From Octopus vulgaris (Eukaryota): a DNA stretch of 64,000 nucleotides. The notes under the pieces were generated by a model, which worked only from the letters and a program-made list of their open reading frames with translations, did not search any database and was not told where the DNA came from. The stretch spans positions 12,462,001 through 12,526,000 of the forward strand of contig OX597831.1 in assembly GCA_951406725.2 (NCBI GenBank). Reading direction: 5' to 3'. The first letter of the stretch is position 1. Each line of letters opens with the position of its first letter. Shown piece after piece: positions 25,901-40,302 of this stretch. A program made the translations under genes and the position numbers.

Positions 25901-27040
25901 ATGTGCTTGTGCGTTAGTTCACCCAAAACTGCTTGACAACCAGTGTTGGTTTGCTTATGTCCCCATAATTTAACAAGCCAACACATGAGGCAGATAGAAT
26001 AAGTGCTAGACTTTGGAAACAGAAGAATCAAGTATTGGGGTCAATTAATTTGGCTAAAAACCTTCGAAGGTGGTTCAACAGCATAGTTGTACTCCAATGG
26101 CTGAAACAAGTAAAAGATAAAAAAGAAAATAGAAGAGGCAGTTTTACTTTTGTCATAATTTGTTTTTAATATTTGGTTGGGAGTGCACATCAAGTAAAAC
26201 ATCTTATGAGCTAATAAGTGAGCCTTACATGTAAACATGACTTATTAGAAATAGCAATCAATTCACTCTCAAATTATGTCTTCATTCATTTATTATTATT
26301 TTTGAAAATGGAAGGTGACATTAGATAATGTACACTACAACTCCCTGCTCATCAAAAAAAAAAAAAAATGGTTGACTAGGAGGCTAACGACGACAACAAA
26401 ATCATTTTTACTGGTTGTTATTTCATCACTGAAATCCTGTCAAAATTTTTATTCAGTTTCTGATCTGCCATTCCCGACTCCACCAAAGATATGACAACAC
26501 ATCAAAAGCATTTAAAAAATGGTTGGAAATTTATCAGAAGCAAATAAACATGTTGGATATGAAAACTCTTGCACTGATGCTCTACATACAAAACTGATAA
26601 ATGGTAGTTAAGATTAAATCAATTCAAAGTTACTCGGCAGGAACTTCTCTTAAGTCTCCATAAAACTGTTGGGCCTTTTATCAGATCGATATCAAGAGTA
26701 AAAAATAAAAGTTAAAGACACACTTCTTTAATGATAATCAATCAACAAAATTTATTAGAAAGAGGAGGAGGAGAGAAAGAGAGAGAGAGAGAAGAGGGAC
26801 AGAGAAAGAGAGATAGGGAAAAAGAGGAATAGTTTACATCAGCTGTTAAATAGTATGGTGGAACAGTAATGATGTTTGAAGGAGGAATGCAATTTGCTTA
26901 TTAAAAAATATAAAATATATAAATATGTGACAGCAAAAATGAATGAAAGCTATTAAAAGATGAAAATAGCAGATGTCTATTTCCAATCAACACTTGATTA
27001 TTATTCATTGGGAAAATAATGTGAATATTAGAATATAGCT

Positions 27041-27079
<39 letters not shown>

Positions 27080-29054
27080 TGTTTAATGTCTTCTTCCTTC
27101 ATTTCAAAATTAAGTTAAATGTATCAACAAAACTATTCTCTAGTCATGGTCCCTATCTATCATTCACTATTTTTTATATATGTAATGAAACCCTATTAGT
27201 TCAACCCTAATTATTCAAATTATTCTAGTTCTTGTTCCTGCTGAAGACCAGTGAGAAAGACAAGGGGAATGATGGATACCACAGGAGGAATGTTTGAACA
27301 ATCGCAGACAAAACACCAATACTTGATTGTCCGACACTTGCACTATAGTTAGATAAAACGAAAGTTAACTGAAACAGCACAACAATAATGCTAACATTGA
27401 CTGACAACTAATTATTGGTCTTGACCTTCATAGAAAGGAATTTTGCATGGCATGAATGCTTGAAAGTGATGAACTAAAGAGATATATGTTATCTTGTCTA
27501 TTAACTCCCTTATTAAAATCCCAGATGTTCGTGCTGATATCCAGAGCTCTCCCTTATTATATCCCATTTGTTCATGCTGCTGTCTGTAGCTATCTGTGTT
27601 TATTATTAAAGACAAATGAGCTGGCCAAACTGTTAGCACACCAGACAAAACGCTTAGCAGCATTTCTTACACCTTTAGACTCTGAGTTCAAATGTAGCCA
27701 AGGGTGATTTTGTCATTCATCATTTTGGGGTCAATAAAATAAATAGCAGTTGAGTACTAGGGTCAATATAATTGACTAAACCCCAACCCACCAAATTTCA
27801 GGCCCTGTGTCTATAGTAGAAAGGAGTGTTAAAGACCAGTCAATGAGGGAATCTCTATGCAATTGCTTCACCTGCTAGAAATAGCAACCAAATTTCAAAT
27901 CAAAATTGTTTTAAACAAGGAAGGATATACTGAATAATAATGTTGTCAATACATGTTAAAATAGGGAATATGTATGTTTAGAATAATTTGGATCAAGTGT
28001 TCTTCTGAGAGGAAGTTCTCTAGACATTCATAGATGGCAATGACTTTTCAATAATGTTAGGCCGATTCATTGAATTTTAAAAGACTTACCCTCTCCCCCG
28101 AAATTGCTGGCCTTGAGCCAAAATTTGAAACCAATAATCAGAGCCCAGTTTAAAGTCAACTAATCTACTGAGTGGTTCATATTATAGTATAGAACAGACT
28201 ATATCAGTGAATCATTGAGTTTTATGTTAGAGTTTACCAGTAAATTAGATAACCAACAGAGAAGTTCCTACAACATACTACCATTCAATGGTTAATTATA
28301 ACTTATTTCTTCTGATCTGTTACATTTAATTAAAAGCAAAAATTATTTATGAAGGTTTTTTTTTTTTTTTGTAATAGTTTAATATAATTTCCTAAAGTTT
28401 AAAGATCTCATTATATTTTTATTATTCACTCCATGAATTTAAAAAACAAATTTTTTAAAATTTAAGATATTGCATTAGAATTTTACCTTTTAGTATCAGA
28501 ATGATATCAAATAATCTGCAATTCTAATGTCAACAAATTTTTAAATTAATTATTTTCACTTTTCGTTTTGGTACCAATTAAAAAGAAAAAAGAAAACTAA
28601 ATCCAAATGATAAGATTTTGTCATTGATATCTTTGATGATCAAAACAATATGGTTTCAAAATATTCTGGTATTGAATATTTGTTCTTTTCTCTTTCTTTC
28701 TTTTTTTATTCTCAGAAAAAAAAAAAAAAAAAGCATAGTCAGGAAAACAGGTTGTACTCATGAACTTTGCAGGTACTGCAAGACTAGTAAAATTTACGAA
28801 ATTGATCTTGTTTAGTTTGAACTTCTGTGAACTATTATCTCATTAAAATAATTAAAAAAAAAAAAGGAAAAGAGAAAAAATAGCGAGATGGTAATTCTAA
28901 AAGTGTGACACTGAGAAATCTGAGAACTCAACAGTGGTGAATGAGAGGCCTAGATGACAGGAGATGGTGGAAGTGACCAGATAGGCTTAGGATTGGATGG
29001 AGGAGGTTACACAGCTAGCAACTCCAGAGAAGCAAAGGCTTTTGTACTTGCAGT

Positions 29055-29089
<35 letters not shown>

Positions 29090-29516
29090 GAGAAGGAAGA
29101 GACAATGTGTATGTGTGGATCAGAGATTGTGTGTGAGAGATTGTTCAGTGAATCTTGGCCCACAAGCTGGATCATCAAACCTCTTCATCTAGCAACTATT
29201 TTCAGATTTTCAGTGCTGGTATGGGCTGGACGTTAAATATTAATTTTCTCTACTATAAGTGCAAGGCCTGAATTTTTCTTTTTTTTTCTGTGGGAGGGAA
29301 CTGGTTAATTACATCACCCCAATGCTCAACTGGTATCCTGAAAGGATGAAAAGCAAAGTTGACCTTGATACCAATTAGAACATATAAACACTAAATGAAA
29401 TGATAATAGTAATGATCCGGCTGAGTGGCCCAAGACACACTCAGCAACTTTTCACACGTAGCCTCTTGACCTACAGATGCACTGTTTCTTTGGCCTTTAA
29501 AAAAACATTTGCTGTA

Positions 29517-29580
29517 TGTATGCAGTCTAAAACATTTATGTGTTGAAATGTATGCAGTCTAAAACGTTTATGTGTTGATA
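29517..29580. repeat. 32-bp tandem duplication
   Basis: TGTATGCAGTCTAAAAC(A/G)TTTATGTGTTGA(A/T)A twice. Confidence 0.9.
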
Positions 29581-30144
29581 AATTGTTAAGTAAAGGATGT
29601 TTAATCTAGTCACAGTATCAATATAAAGAAATTTCCAAAATAAAAATATTTTGTATTTCTTTTTAAGATCCTAAATTCAAACATTGGGAAAAGTGGTCTG
29701 GTAACTTTGAAGTGTTTTGCAAACAATGCTACAGAATTTAGAGTAAGAAACACATAACTATTTCAGATACTAAAACTGCAAAGGTACTGTGTAGAAAGGT
29801 GATGGAATAGAGAACTGTTCTGAAAAGAAAATTGCAGGCAAAGCACTTTGAAATAGTTCCCACTTGGAAAGAAATATTTTTTCCCTAGTCTTTTTTTTTT
29901 TTCTTTTGGGAAAACAAATTTACAGCTTTTGCAGAGACACTGTTTAGAGTTTAATTCTATGACAGCATAAATCAATAGTTGGCACTTAGCAAAAGAAAAC
30001 TCAGTGATGATCAGGAATTGTTGCAAAGTAGGACAGTTTCTTGCAGTCACAAACCAATATAAAAATTGGCATATACAGGAAGTGAGATGCATTAAGTCTC
30101 AATTTAAAATGAACAAAAAAAAATAAATAAAAGCAAGAAAATCC

Positions 30145-30183
<39 letters not shown>

Positions 30184-33100
30184 GACTTATGTTACCAGAA
30201 AATGAAAATATAAAAACAAAAGAAAAAAATTTGAATGTGTTTTTATGAAGCTGACAATTATAGAAACAAATAGAAGCAAAAATCATTAATTTAAGACAGA
30301 AATGTTATGTGACAGTAATTATTTTAGTTATGTAAAAGTATCTTGTGCAACTATAAAACATTAAATATTGAAAAGAAGTTTGTGTTATTTACACTGAAAA
30401 GGATTTTGATATTCTAAGCTCAGATAATAATTCTTGTAGCTATTATTTGCAATTGCAGTGGGTATCTTTATTCTGAACTATTCCTTGTTTTAATGTAATT
30501 AAATTATTTTAGCTTGCATTGCAATGAATATTTCTGATAAATCATTTTGGAGACATCTTATTATAATGTCAGTAGAATTATCAACGACGTTAAATGAAGA
30601 TTTTAAAGGAAAATTAAAAGGATTGTGAATACAAAAGCTACAGTACAAATATAATATTTTAAAACATTGTTGGAGGAAAGCAACAACGTAAAACAATGAA
30701 ATGAATCACAAGCAAAAGCTAGAAGGAAATATCATTAGATTAAATAATAAAATAAAATTCAATATGTATGGGTTATCAACTTGAAACAATTAAGCAGCTC
30801 CATATTGTTAGTGACATTTGTATTCCCTTTAGATTATAATATTCAGTATTTTAAGTATAAACATTATGCTTGTGCTATTACAATAGAATGTCAGGGAGAT
30901 TATTACTTTTGGTTACAGAGAATGGAGAGTTACAATTACTTTTAATGCAATGCAAAATGATATAACAATGCTGCAAAATTCATATTATCTATAGCAATAC
31001 ACTATTCTCCTCAAGGAACTGAAAACTGTTTTCCATTGCATGACAAGTAACAAAGCAAGACTGCTCTCACTTTAACCCTGAACAACTGATTTGGAAGAAC
31101 CCTTAATTTTGATAAGTTCTAGTGTTGCTTTACCTAATGATTTAAAATCAATATAAATTTTCTTATAACACCAGGTTTACTGAACTGCTTTGAGGAAATA
31201 GGTTCTAACTAGTGTCTATAATAACCGTGAGCCAACTATGGAAGTCTCTGCTCAAACAGGACTGAAATGGAGCTAAACAACAAAAACAATAACAATGCCT
31301 CTATGCAGTACTTTGATCTGCTAGAAATAGAAGTTACATCTCTAATTACACCTATTATCATTTAGCAAGGAAACAATACACTACATAATATTTAAAATAC
31401 AACTAAAAGAATAATATGGTCATGGCTGGACTAACTTTGAGCATTGGCCTACTTGATCAGATTGACACAGAAAACTTTCAAAGCAAGCATTAAGTCAACT
31501 TTTCCTACAACCCAAATCTTGTTTTCACCTTATGATATAGCTATTTTACAAAGTTCAAAGTCCCTTGTTACACTAAAGTATACAAAGAAGATTTCTGCTA
31601 AATAGTCTTATTGGTTTATCACAATGTGACACCAAAAGAAACAGTCAATGATTTCAGTTAGCTTTCAAATGGACTCTTTAGAACAAGTAGTTCGGTAACT
31701 CTTTCATTAATATATTTCTAATGAATTACACTGCTTTTGTGTCAGTTCATTTTGTGTTTCAACTAACTTTGTCATTATCAGGATGTTGTTTAGAACATAA
31801 ACTAACATGAAATTTTGATAAGTTTTTTTATCTAGATCACTGTAAAGCAGGAAGTTTGCATCAAAGAACCAAAGGTGGTGTCTGGCAAGTTGGCAGCAAA
31901 AGGGTTGGTTCACTAAATACTGTTGTTTATATCCACTTTGGCCATTGTCCTTCAACTAACACTTGGTTCTGCTTGTTACTGCTACTTGTTACATTCCTGA
32001 CCTCCTCCAGTATTCTTTGCTGCTAATTTTTTCACTCTAATTCCAATTAAGTATCAACATTAAACAAGTTTAAGGCAGTGAACTGGCAGATTCATCTGCT
32101 GGGCAAAATGCTTAGCAGCATTTCATCTGTCTTTATGCTCTGAGTTCAAATTCCTTTAGGTTGACTTTGCCTTTCCTCCTCCCAGGGTCTATAAAATAAG
32201 TACTAGTTGAACACTAGGGTTGGTGTAATCAACTTACCTCTCTCCCAAATTTGCTGGCCTTGTGCCAAAATTTGAAAGCAATATTAGAAGACAAAATTGT
32301 TGACTTTCTACCTGATTACTTTTGCAGCTGCTCAGGATGAATTTTAAATTATATTTACAATAAGTTTTAGTGATAAATGTATGAGATACATTTTGAGATT
32401 CTATCAAGTTTCAGTGCCAGTGGCACAATAAAGGCACTCAATCTATTCTCCATGTGATTGTGTGTGTGTGTGTGCCAGATGATTCGTAATTGCATAAAGC
32501 TAATTAGATGCTTGGACAACAGGTCCAACCTATAGGAACTAACACAGAAAAATAAATGTAAAACAATGATGATGACAAGTAAAAAACTGCAGGCTTCAGT
32601 TTTTAAAAAAATTATTTGCAAGTCCTTATTAAAGGTTATGGTCAAGGATCTGTTGGAAAATTTTTAGCAGAATACCCAGAATTCCTAGCCATCTGCTAAG
32701 CATTAATATCATAAGCTCATAAACCAACAAATCTACCAGCCAGCCAGCCAGACAGACAGCTAGCCAGCCAGCACCTACTTTAATTCAATTATACTGCTAC
32801 AGGAAAATAAATGCAAGAATTTCCTTACAAATTGCATTTCTTGCTTTTATATAGTATACTGGTATATATTATAGCAATCATATCTCAATCAAACAGGAAT
32901 TTGTCTACAGTAAGTTCTATGGAGAGATAATTGAATTTTCTTATTTAGGATCCATCAACTGAAAAGATCATGCAACAATGAAAATGATGAATGCTCTTTT
33001 ATTATTATTTATAAGAATGTCTAACAACCAATAAAAAGTTAGATGGTAAATTATGATGAATGAAGAGTAAGTAATGTGATTTGCTGTCTTTTATATGGCT

Positions 33101-35637
33101 GCTGACATATAAGAATTATTAGAGCCAAGAAGAAAAGGTAAGTTATGAAACATTCCACTTTGGAAAGCGCAAGTAACTCTTCTGTCATGTTATAAGATGT
33201 AGTCTTAATTCACCCATGAAACAAAAAAAATAATAATAATAAAAGCTCTATTTATGCTTTTACATTTCTTACTAATGGCATTTTGATCCAAGCCAGCATG
33301 GAAAAGTCGATGTTAAAATGGTGATGGATTTAATGGTAAAAATACTAAAGCATGGAAGAAAGATAAAATATTTTTTCTTAATTTTTGTCTTTATATTCAA
33401 GAACAGAGAAAATGTCAAAAAATTATAAAACTAGTTTTAATTTTAAAAGAAAAAAGAAAACAAGAACGAAAACAGAATATCACAAAATTCTAGACACAAC
33501 TTAGCAAGGGGCCACTATGAAAGAGAGCATTGCCTGATATGCAGGAAATGGTGAGACAAAACTATATTAACAAGTCTGTGAATATAAGGAATGCAGGAAA
33601 GGTAAACAGATATCGTATATAACTAAACATTGCACTAATTGCATTGGTAAAGTTAAGATTATGAACAGCCACAGGATGAATAACAGCAATTTTTTTGATG
33701 ATTTATGAGCAATGTTAGAGAAGATGTCTTTCATCCTTTCAGGTGAAATATTATATTAAAAATTAGGCCTAGTGCCTGTGCTAGAAATCAATATTAGATG
33801 AACTGACGTAGCCGTAGAGGAGAAACTACAGCTAGCTAGAATTCAAAGTAAGTGGAGTAAGTTTAGAGAGATGAAACCAATGTTGGAATATACATACAAA
33901 AGGTATATTATCTGATGCATGTGTATTAATTGTCCTGTTATCTTGTATTGAAAGACTTGCAATAAATGCAGTTGGTGTTTAGTAGCATCTGCAGCACAAT
34001 AAATATATTGAGTATGATCAGATGGATATGCATCAAAGAAAGGCAGAAGACAGGTTAATTAAACTAGCTGGGCAGTATAAAACATTTTCTGTTATATGAT
34101 GGAGAGATAATTGCACTGGTTTGGACATTACTATTGTCTGGTGAGGTATTGGTATTACATAAGGAAAGATATGGAAGTATGAAACCTGCTTATTTTGATA
34201 TACTTCAAATACTATCATCATTATCATCATCATCATTTTATTATATACCCAAATTCCATGCTGGTATGGGTTCAACAAGACTTAATGGATCAGAGGACCA
34301 TATCTTGCTTCAGTAACTCATTTATGGCATGGTTCTCTATGACTGGATGCCTGTCCTAGCACCAACTTTACTAATGATTATGATACTCTAACATAAAGCT
34401 TATTAAAGTACTTTAGGACTTAATATATACTGTAGTTAATAGTGAAAAAGCAAAAAGAAAACAATTTGAAAGAGACCAGTAAGTAATAATGCTAAAGAAA
34501 CACAAAAGTTAACAATAACCTTTTAACGTCCATTTTCCATGCTGGCATGGGTTGGATGGCTTGACAGCATCTGATGAGTTCAATGATTGTATAATTTTCT
34601 GAAGTCTGCTTTTGAATAGTTTCTATAGCCAGATGCATTTCCTAACACCAACCACTTTACAGAGTGTACTAAGTGCTTTTTCCATGGCACCAGCACTAGT
34701 AAGTTGCAAAACACTATATAAATTAAGATATATTTATCCACTCATTTTTTCCTTACAGTACTTCAATGCATTTCCATTTCTAATCAATAATTATTCAATA
34801 AATTTCCAATACTGTCTAAGTATACTGCTGGTGAATCAATGAAGGTTTGAACATGTGATAGCAAGGCTGACTAACAAGAGTAACCAAATTGTCTTTGTGC
34901 CACATCCCACCAACTAAAAAATGCTGGGGTACCTTGGACAATGCATTCTCGAATACACTGTGATAATTCTAAAAGAAAGACAGATGATGACAACTAGAAT
35001 GCTTTTGATAATGTATGTTCAATTAGAGCTGACTCGGAAGCTTTTGATGAATAATCCTGCATAATATCAATTTAAGAAAAGCTGGAGATTGTTAATAGAG
35101 CAAGTAAGTAACCTATTCAAAAGATTTACTGTTAGATCTGTTGGCATAATTGTCAACTTCTACATTTAAATAACAATGTAACGCAGTCACATGAATATAT
35201 ATGTAAGTATTTTTCTTGGAAATACATGAAACCAGAATAACACCAGAGATAACCAAAGAACAATTTGCTAGGAGTAGACTAAGTGCATTTTCCCAACCTT
35301 TTCTGTATCCCAATTTAGATGACAATAACTGTTGAAAACTGATCAGTAATTCTCCATATCAATTCTGACAAAGTCTCACTCTTTTGATTAATATGAAAAT
35401 TCCTAACATTATCATCATAGTTGGTATATTTCCTTGTCATGCTCTACCATGCCAGAGAATTCTTCCAACGGAAATATAAAATGATGCCATTGCCAAGTCT
35501 GACATTACACTTTCAATCAACTATTCTAAGAATACCAATATATGACCCATCTCCAAAACATATCCTAGTACAAACTACTTCAGCTTGCAGGATTTTTTTG
35601 TAACTTGCTGGAATTCCAAGGCCATTTCTTCTATTTT

Positions 35638-35672
<35 letters not shown>

Positions 35673-35978
35673 TATATGTTCAGAAATTGGCAAGAGTGTA
35701 GCCTGTGACAAGGTAGCTACTCTTTTTCAAGAAAAACACATCCTTTATAGATATTTCTTTTTTGAATGTACCCAAAGCAACCAGAGCATTAGCAGGTTAA
35801 TGTTCTAAATTACTGCATTCTCATCATTTGGTTTCCATTACATGCATCACTGTAGAAGGTGTATTTTTAATATTTTATATCTTCTACTCACACTAAATAA
35901 TTATTTCTTTAAATTGTGTGTTAAAGAATATCTTCAACTGCATATTTAATGTCGTAAGTGCTCCAAAGTAAACTTCAA

Positions 35979-36196
35979 CCCTTTAGCATTCATTTTAACT
36001 CTGTCAATTTTAATGTTTATTCACACTGTTTTGAATTAATCATGCATTATTTCATATCTTCAAGATTTCAATGTTGTGATTTTTTTTGCATTTAGAAAGG
36101 CATTGTCTGGTAGGTGTGAAAGGCTAGTCTGGTCAGTTTGAACATAAAACGGGAAGAATATCTGCACCTAATTTGACCAATTTTCATGCTAGAGGG
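35979..36196. mobile_element. piggyBac-like MITE (second family)
   Basis: TIRs CCCTTTAGCAT / ATGCTAGAGGG. Right flank TTAA, left flank TCAA (probably mutated TTAA). Confidence 0.7.
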
Positions 36197-37489
36197 TTAA
36201 ATTATGTGTCAATATCTTCAACAAGGTATTAAAAACATCTTAACAACAAAAGTATTATAGCTATAAAAGCAACAGATATTCATACTTTTATCCCTCTTAT
36301 TATGTGGCCAAGTAGGAGTAACAAATTCTAAGCTTTAGAGAATCACATTAACCACAGTATTTATTCTATTGATCTTGGAATGATGAAAAGTAAAGAAGAA
36401 GATGTGGGTAGGATGTGAACGCAATGGAACCAAATATCACATAAAAAGCAACCAAGCTGGTACCATGTATAAAACACTGGTGTTGGTGTCATGATAAAAA
36501 GCAGCCAGTACACTCTGTAAAGTGGTTGGCATTAGGAAGAGCATCTGGCCATAGACACCATGCCAAAACAGACAGCAAGAGCCTGGTGTAGCTCTCTGGA
36601 TAGCCAGCTCTTGTCAAACCATCTAATGCAAGGAAAAATGGATGTTATAGGATGATGAGTTTTGTCTCATGATCAAATTTCCTCTAATATTTATTAACGA
36701 AAATCTACAAAACTAGTAACAAAACATATGGAATCTATTCAAGAAATTATAGTTACCCATGTTATTGAAATATTTTCAAATATGAGAAATTGAAATTTTA
36801 TTGCACAAATACTAGAAGATTCAGATTAAACTAACAATGAATAAAATAATGATGATGAGGCCATGCTTGAAGAATATGATCAAAATTATGATTATCATTA
36901 AATATTCCTAATTAATAGAAGCAAAATTTACCAGGAACCAAATTTTAATTACATAAGAATGAAACAATGATTGATTGATTTCTATAAATTGCATAATTCT
37001 AATTTTCTATATTATTATTATTATCATTATTATTATTATTATGATGCACAATTCAACAATTGTAAGGTTTTCCATTTTCATTGAAATAACAGATATTATA
37101 CAAATTGTGTGAAAACCTTTCATTACAAACATAATATTATTGAAAACAGTGACAATGATTAAGTTTTCATTTGAACGAGAGTGGCAGCAAGGCGGTGGGG
37201 GGGGGAGATAGAGGGAGAGAAGTCAATATAATACAGTTAAATCAAGTTTCATAGAAATCAACATCATTAAACTGGACCTGATAAATGATTACAAAGTAAG
37301 AATAGACAAATTGTCGAGAAAGGATGATTAAAAATTCAGTTTTATAAGCAAGATCTTATTAAATGATAGCAAAAAAAAAACAAAGCAAAAAATAAAAAAG
37401 AAACATTAATCAAGTGATTTAATTGTGAAAATTAATGCCAACTTTAGGAGACATAAATGAGTCTTCTTTTGTCTGAATGTCAACAGTTG

Positions 37490-38014
37490 CACTCTGCTGA
37501 ATGTGCAATGTCAGTGTACATGTGCAACAGAGCACTAGTTTATTGAGAGAAAAGTTAGGTATAAGAGGAATTAAATGCAGTGTGTACTGGTATGGTCATG
37601 TGATGTGTATGAATGGGGTCAGTTGCAAAAAGAAGTGCCAATCACTCAAAGTAGAGGGAAATTCTGGAAGAGGGAAACCAAGGAAAACATGGGACAAAAT
37701 GTTGAAGGCTGATCACAAAATGCCGAGCCTTATGAAGGGGTGAGAGATGTATTGTATTGCTGTGCTCAAGAAGACCTGGCCACCACAACAAAACTAATGT
37801 GCTAAAACCAAGGTACCATGTAAAAAGCATTGGTACTGGTGATATGTTAGAAGCACCCAGTACACTCTGTAAAGTGGTTGGTGTTATGAAGGGTGTACAG
37901 CTGTAGAAACCAAACCAAAACAGACTATGGAAACCTGAGTGGACCCTGGCCTTGCAAGTTCCTGTCAAGCCATCCAACCAATGCCAGCATGGAAAACAGG
38001 CATTAAATGATGAT
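37490..38014 (+). mobile_element. 3' end of RTE-type LINE (ORF C-terminus plus 3' UTR)
   Basis: MCNVSVH...LREKLGIRGIKC..WYGHVMCMN...VEGNSGRGKPRKTW (W.GHV.RM and RGRP...W motifs of RTE C-termini), then UTR ending CAGCATGGAAAACAGGCATTAAATGATGAT. Confidence 0.88.
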
Positions 38015-38650
38015 TATTATTATTATTTCTAATGAAGCAGTAATGAGTGATTCACTTTGGACTGAGAGGGGCTGAAGTGCCTCATTCAGATTTTATTTCA
38101 GCTTTTGCTAAGGTATAAAAAAATTTAATATCTATGCTATTAAGAAGTATAATGAGTAATATTAGAAAATGTGGTCTGTGTGTGTGTGTCCACATGCACC
38201 ATGCAAAGAAGATAAGCTCACTGATCCTACCAAAAGTGATTTCAGTATCAATAGATTACTGTAAACACTGACACAAAGTGAACTGCAATTTTTATCTGTG
38301 AAATATCACTGTGACATCCATCACATGGTTCAATGACAGCAAAAACAAATATTAATTTATGCTATTTGGTGTTATTGATTGTTATGTTGCCATAAACCAA
38401 GATGATCTAAAGGCCAGAAAATACACTGATATCATACAAATGAACCACAAATTATTATGTGTGCTAGATCTCTAACTTTTAACATAGATGTTTATAGGGT
38501 GTAAAAGAGGAAAGCAGTTGATTTTTACATACTAACATATTTAGCATTGTTGGAACCAAAATATAGAGCTTTGACCCAAAAGGGTAAATACCAAGGGAAA
38601 CATATAGTATATCATAAATGTTTCCACGAGCTATATAGGGCTTAAAGAGT

Positions 38651-38863
38651 TTTTTCTATTCTAGGCACAAGGCCTGAAATTTGGTGGGAGGAGGCCAGTC
38701 AATTAGATTGACCTCCGTGTGCAACTGGTACTTAATTTATTGACCCCAAAAGGAAGAAAAGCAAAGTTGACCTTGGTGGAATTTGAACTCAGAACATAAA
38801 GACAGACGAAATATCGCTAAGCATTTTGCTTGGCGTGCTAATGTTTCTGCCAGCTCACTGCCT
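38651..38863 (-). mobile_element. Family A SINE with target-site duplication
   Basis: TATAGG(G/T)CTTAAAGAGT at 38634-38650 and 38864-38880 (16 of 17 identical). Confidence 0.9.
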
Positions 38864-40029
38864 TATAGGTCTTAAAGAGTGTTTCATTAAAAGTTGTCCA
38901 CATCAAAATAGCTAATTTCATTATGCTTATTAGGAAAATATCATAGCCTTTTCAAAGCATATAGGGAAATCCAGGGACAAAGAAGAGCCCATATACATCA
39001 TATAGGCAGAGTTAGAAAAAACATGAGATTTTGAGAATGGATTGATCATCCTATCAAAGAGCTGCAACCTCTTCCTTACAGAGAAATTCCATATTATTCA
39101 TGACCTTGCATCCATGTTAAATAAGGACAAATAAACAAATGCCGATGTACCAACACATCCCAAATTCTAACTAAAAACTGCAAAGAGGCTCCACTTCTAT
39201 CATATACAACATATGAAAGCTTCTGCTGATTTACACCCTTTTCACTACGAAAACCCATTATTCCAATTCTTTTCTTTTTAATATGCTGACATGTACAGAT
39301 ATATGTACATCACATGTACAAATACAAAGCATATGCACACATACATATGATAGGGTTCAGCATAGTTTCCATCAAACAATTTCTTTCAAGACACTGCATA
39401 ATGTCCATATTGAAACCATTGTGTTGTCATTTGTATGCCTGTCTACAAAGAAAGACTTTCAACAAAAGGTTATAATTAAGCACTTTTATACTTTTATAAC
39501 ATATTAAACACAAACTGTATACATGCGTGTGCTTCAACAAAATGAATAAGTAATTAAAACAATGTAGAGTTCAAATTTATTCCTAACAATCTTACATATA
39601 TGCATGTGGTGGGTGATAAGCTGTTATCTACTTTAACTTCTACAACTATAAGCCAACTGCCAATTTATGTTGCGACTGTCATTTATTTAATTCAGTCAAA
39701 ACAAGTAAATCAATAAATAAAAGAAAATTTATATCAATTTGTTTACAGACAATAAAAATCAAAACAGCTTATTACCAAGCGTTTCAAAATGATTTAATAC
39801 TGAGCTTAATGACCATATGATATCACTGCTTATTAAATATTCTACCATAGTAACAGCACACAACTATTCTTACCTGTCTGATCATTCTTATGGCTCCCAT
39901 TTGTGATGTAATCATTCAGTAATCTTTATATATGCTGCATTTCATTTTAGGGTCTTACAATTTAATTAAAAGACAATGTTGTACAGTTTGCTGCATTGCT
40001 TCAAACATAAACCAAAATATAATAACTGC

Positions 40030-40302
40030 CAGCGCCGCCTTGACTAGCTTCTGTGCCGGTGGCACATAAAAAGCACTAACCAGTCGTGGGTGCTGCCAGC
40101 CTTCCCTGGCACCTGTGCCAGTGGCATGTAAAAAGCACCCACTACACTCATGGAGTGGTTGGCGTTAGGAAGGGCATCCAGCTGTAGAAACACTGCCAGA
40201 TCAGACTGGAGCTTGATGCAGCCTCCTGGCTTCCCAGACCCTGGTCGAACCTTCCATCTCGTGGTAGCACAGAAAACGGACATTAAACGATGATGATGAT
40301 GA
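40030..40302 (+). mobile_element. RTE 3'-UTR-derived short element (related copies 47360-47627 +, 62051-62237 -, 34520-34700 -, 36460-36660 +, 50145-50330 -)
   Basis: GGAGTGGTTGGCGTTAGGAAGGGCATCCAGCTGTAGAAAC block and (GAT)n tail, homologous to the UTR at 37.86-38.01 kb. Confidence 0.88.

Noticed and set aside
31707-31955. 82-aa ORF with RHHLWFFD, faintly like some DNA-transposase C-terminal motifs
   Set aside because: A single short motif with no TIRs or further support.
39869-39935. Minus-strand donor CAG|GTAAGA
   Set aside because: The frame joining the 21431 exon has a stop within three codons. The frame joining 22973 has no ATG or decent acceptor.
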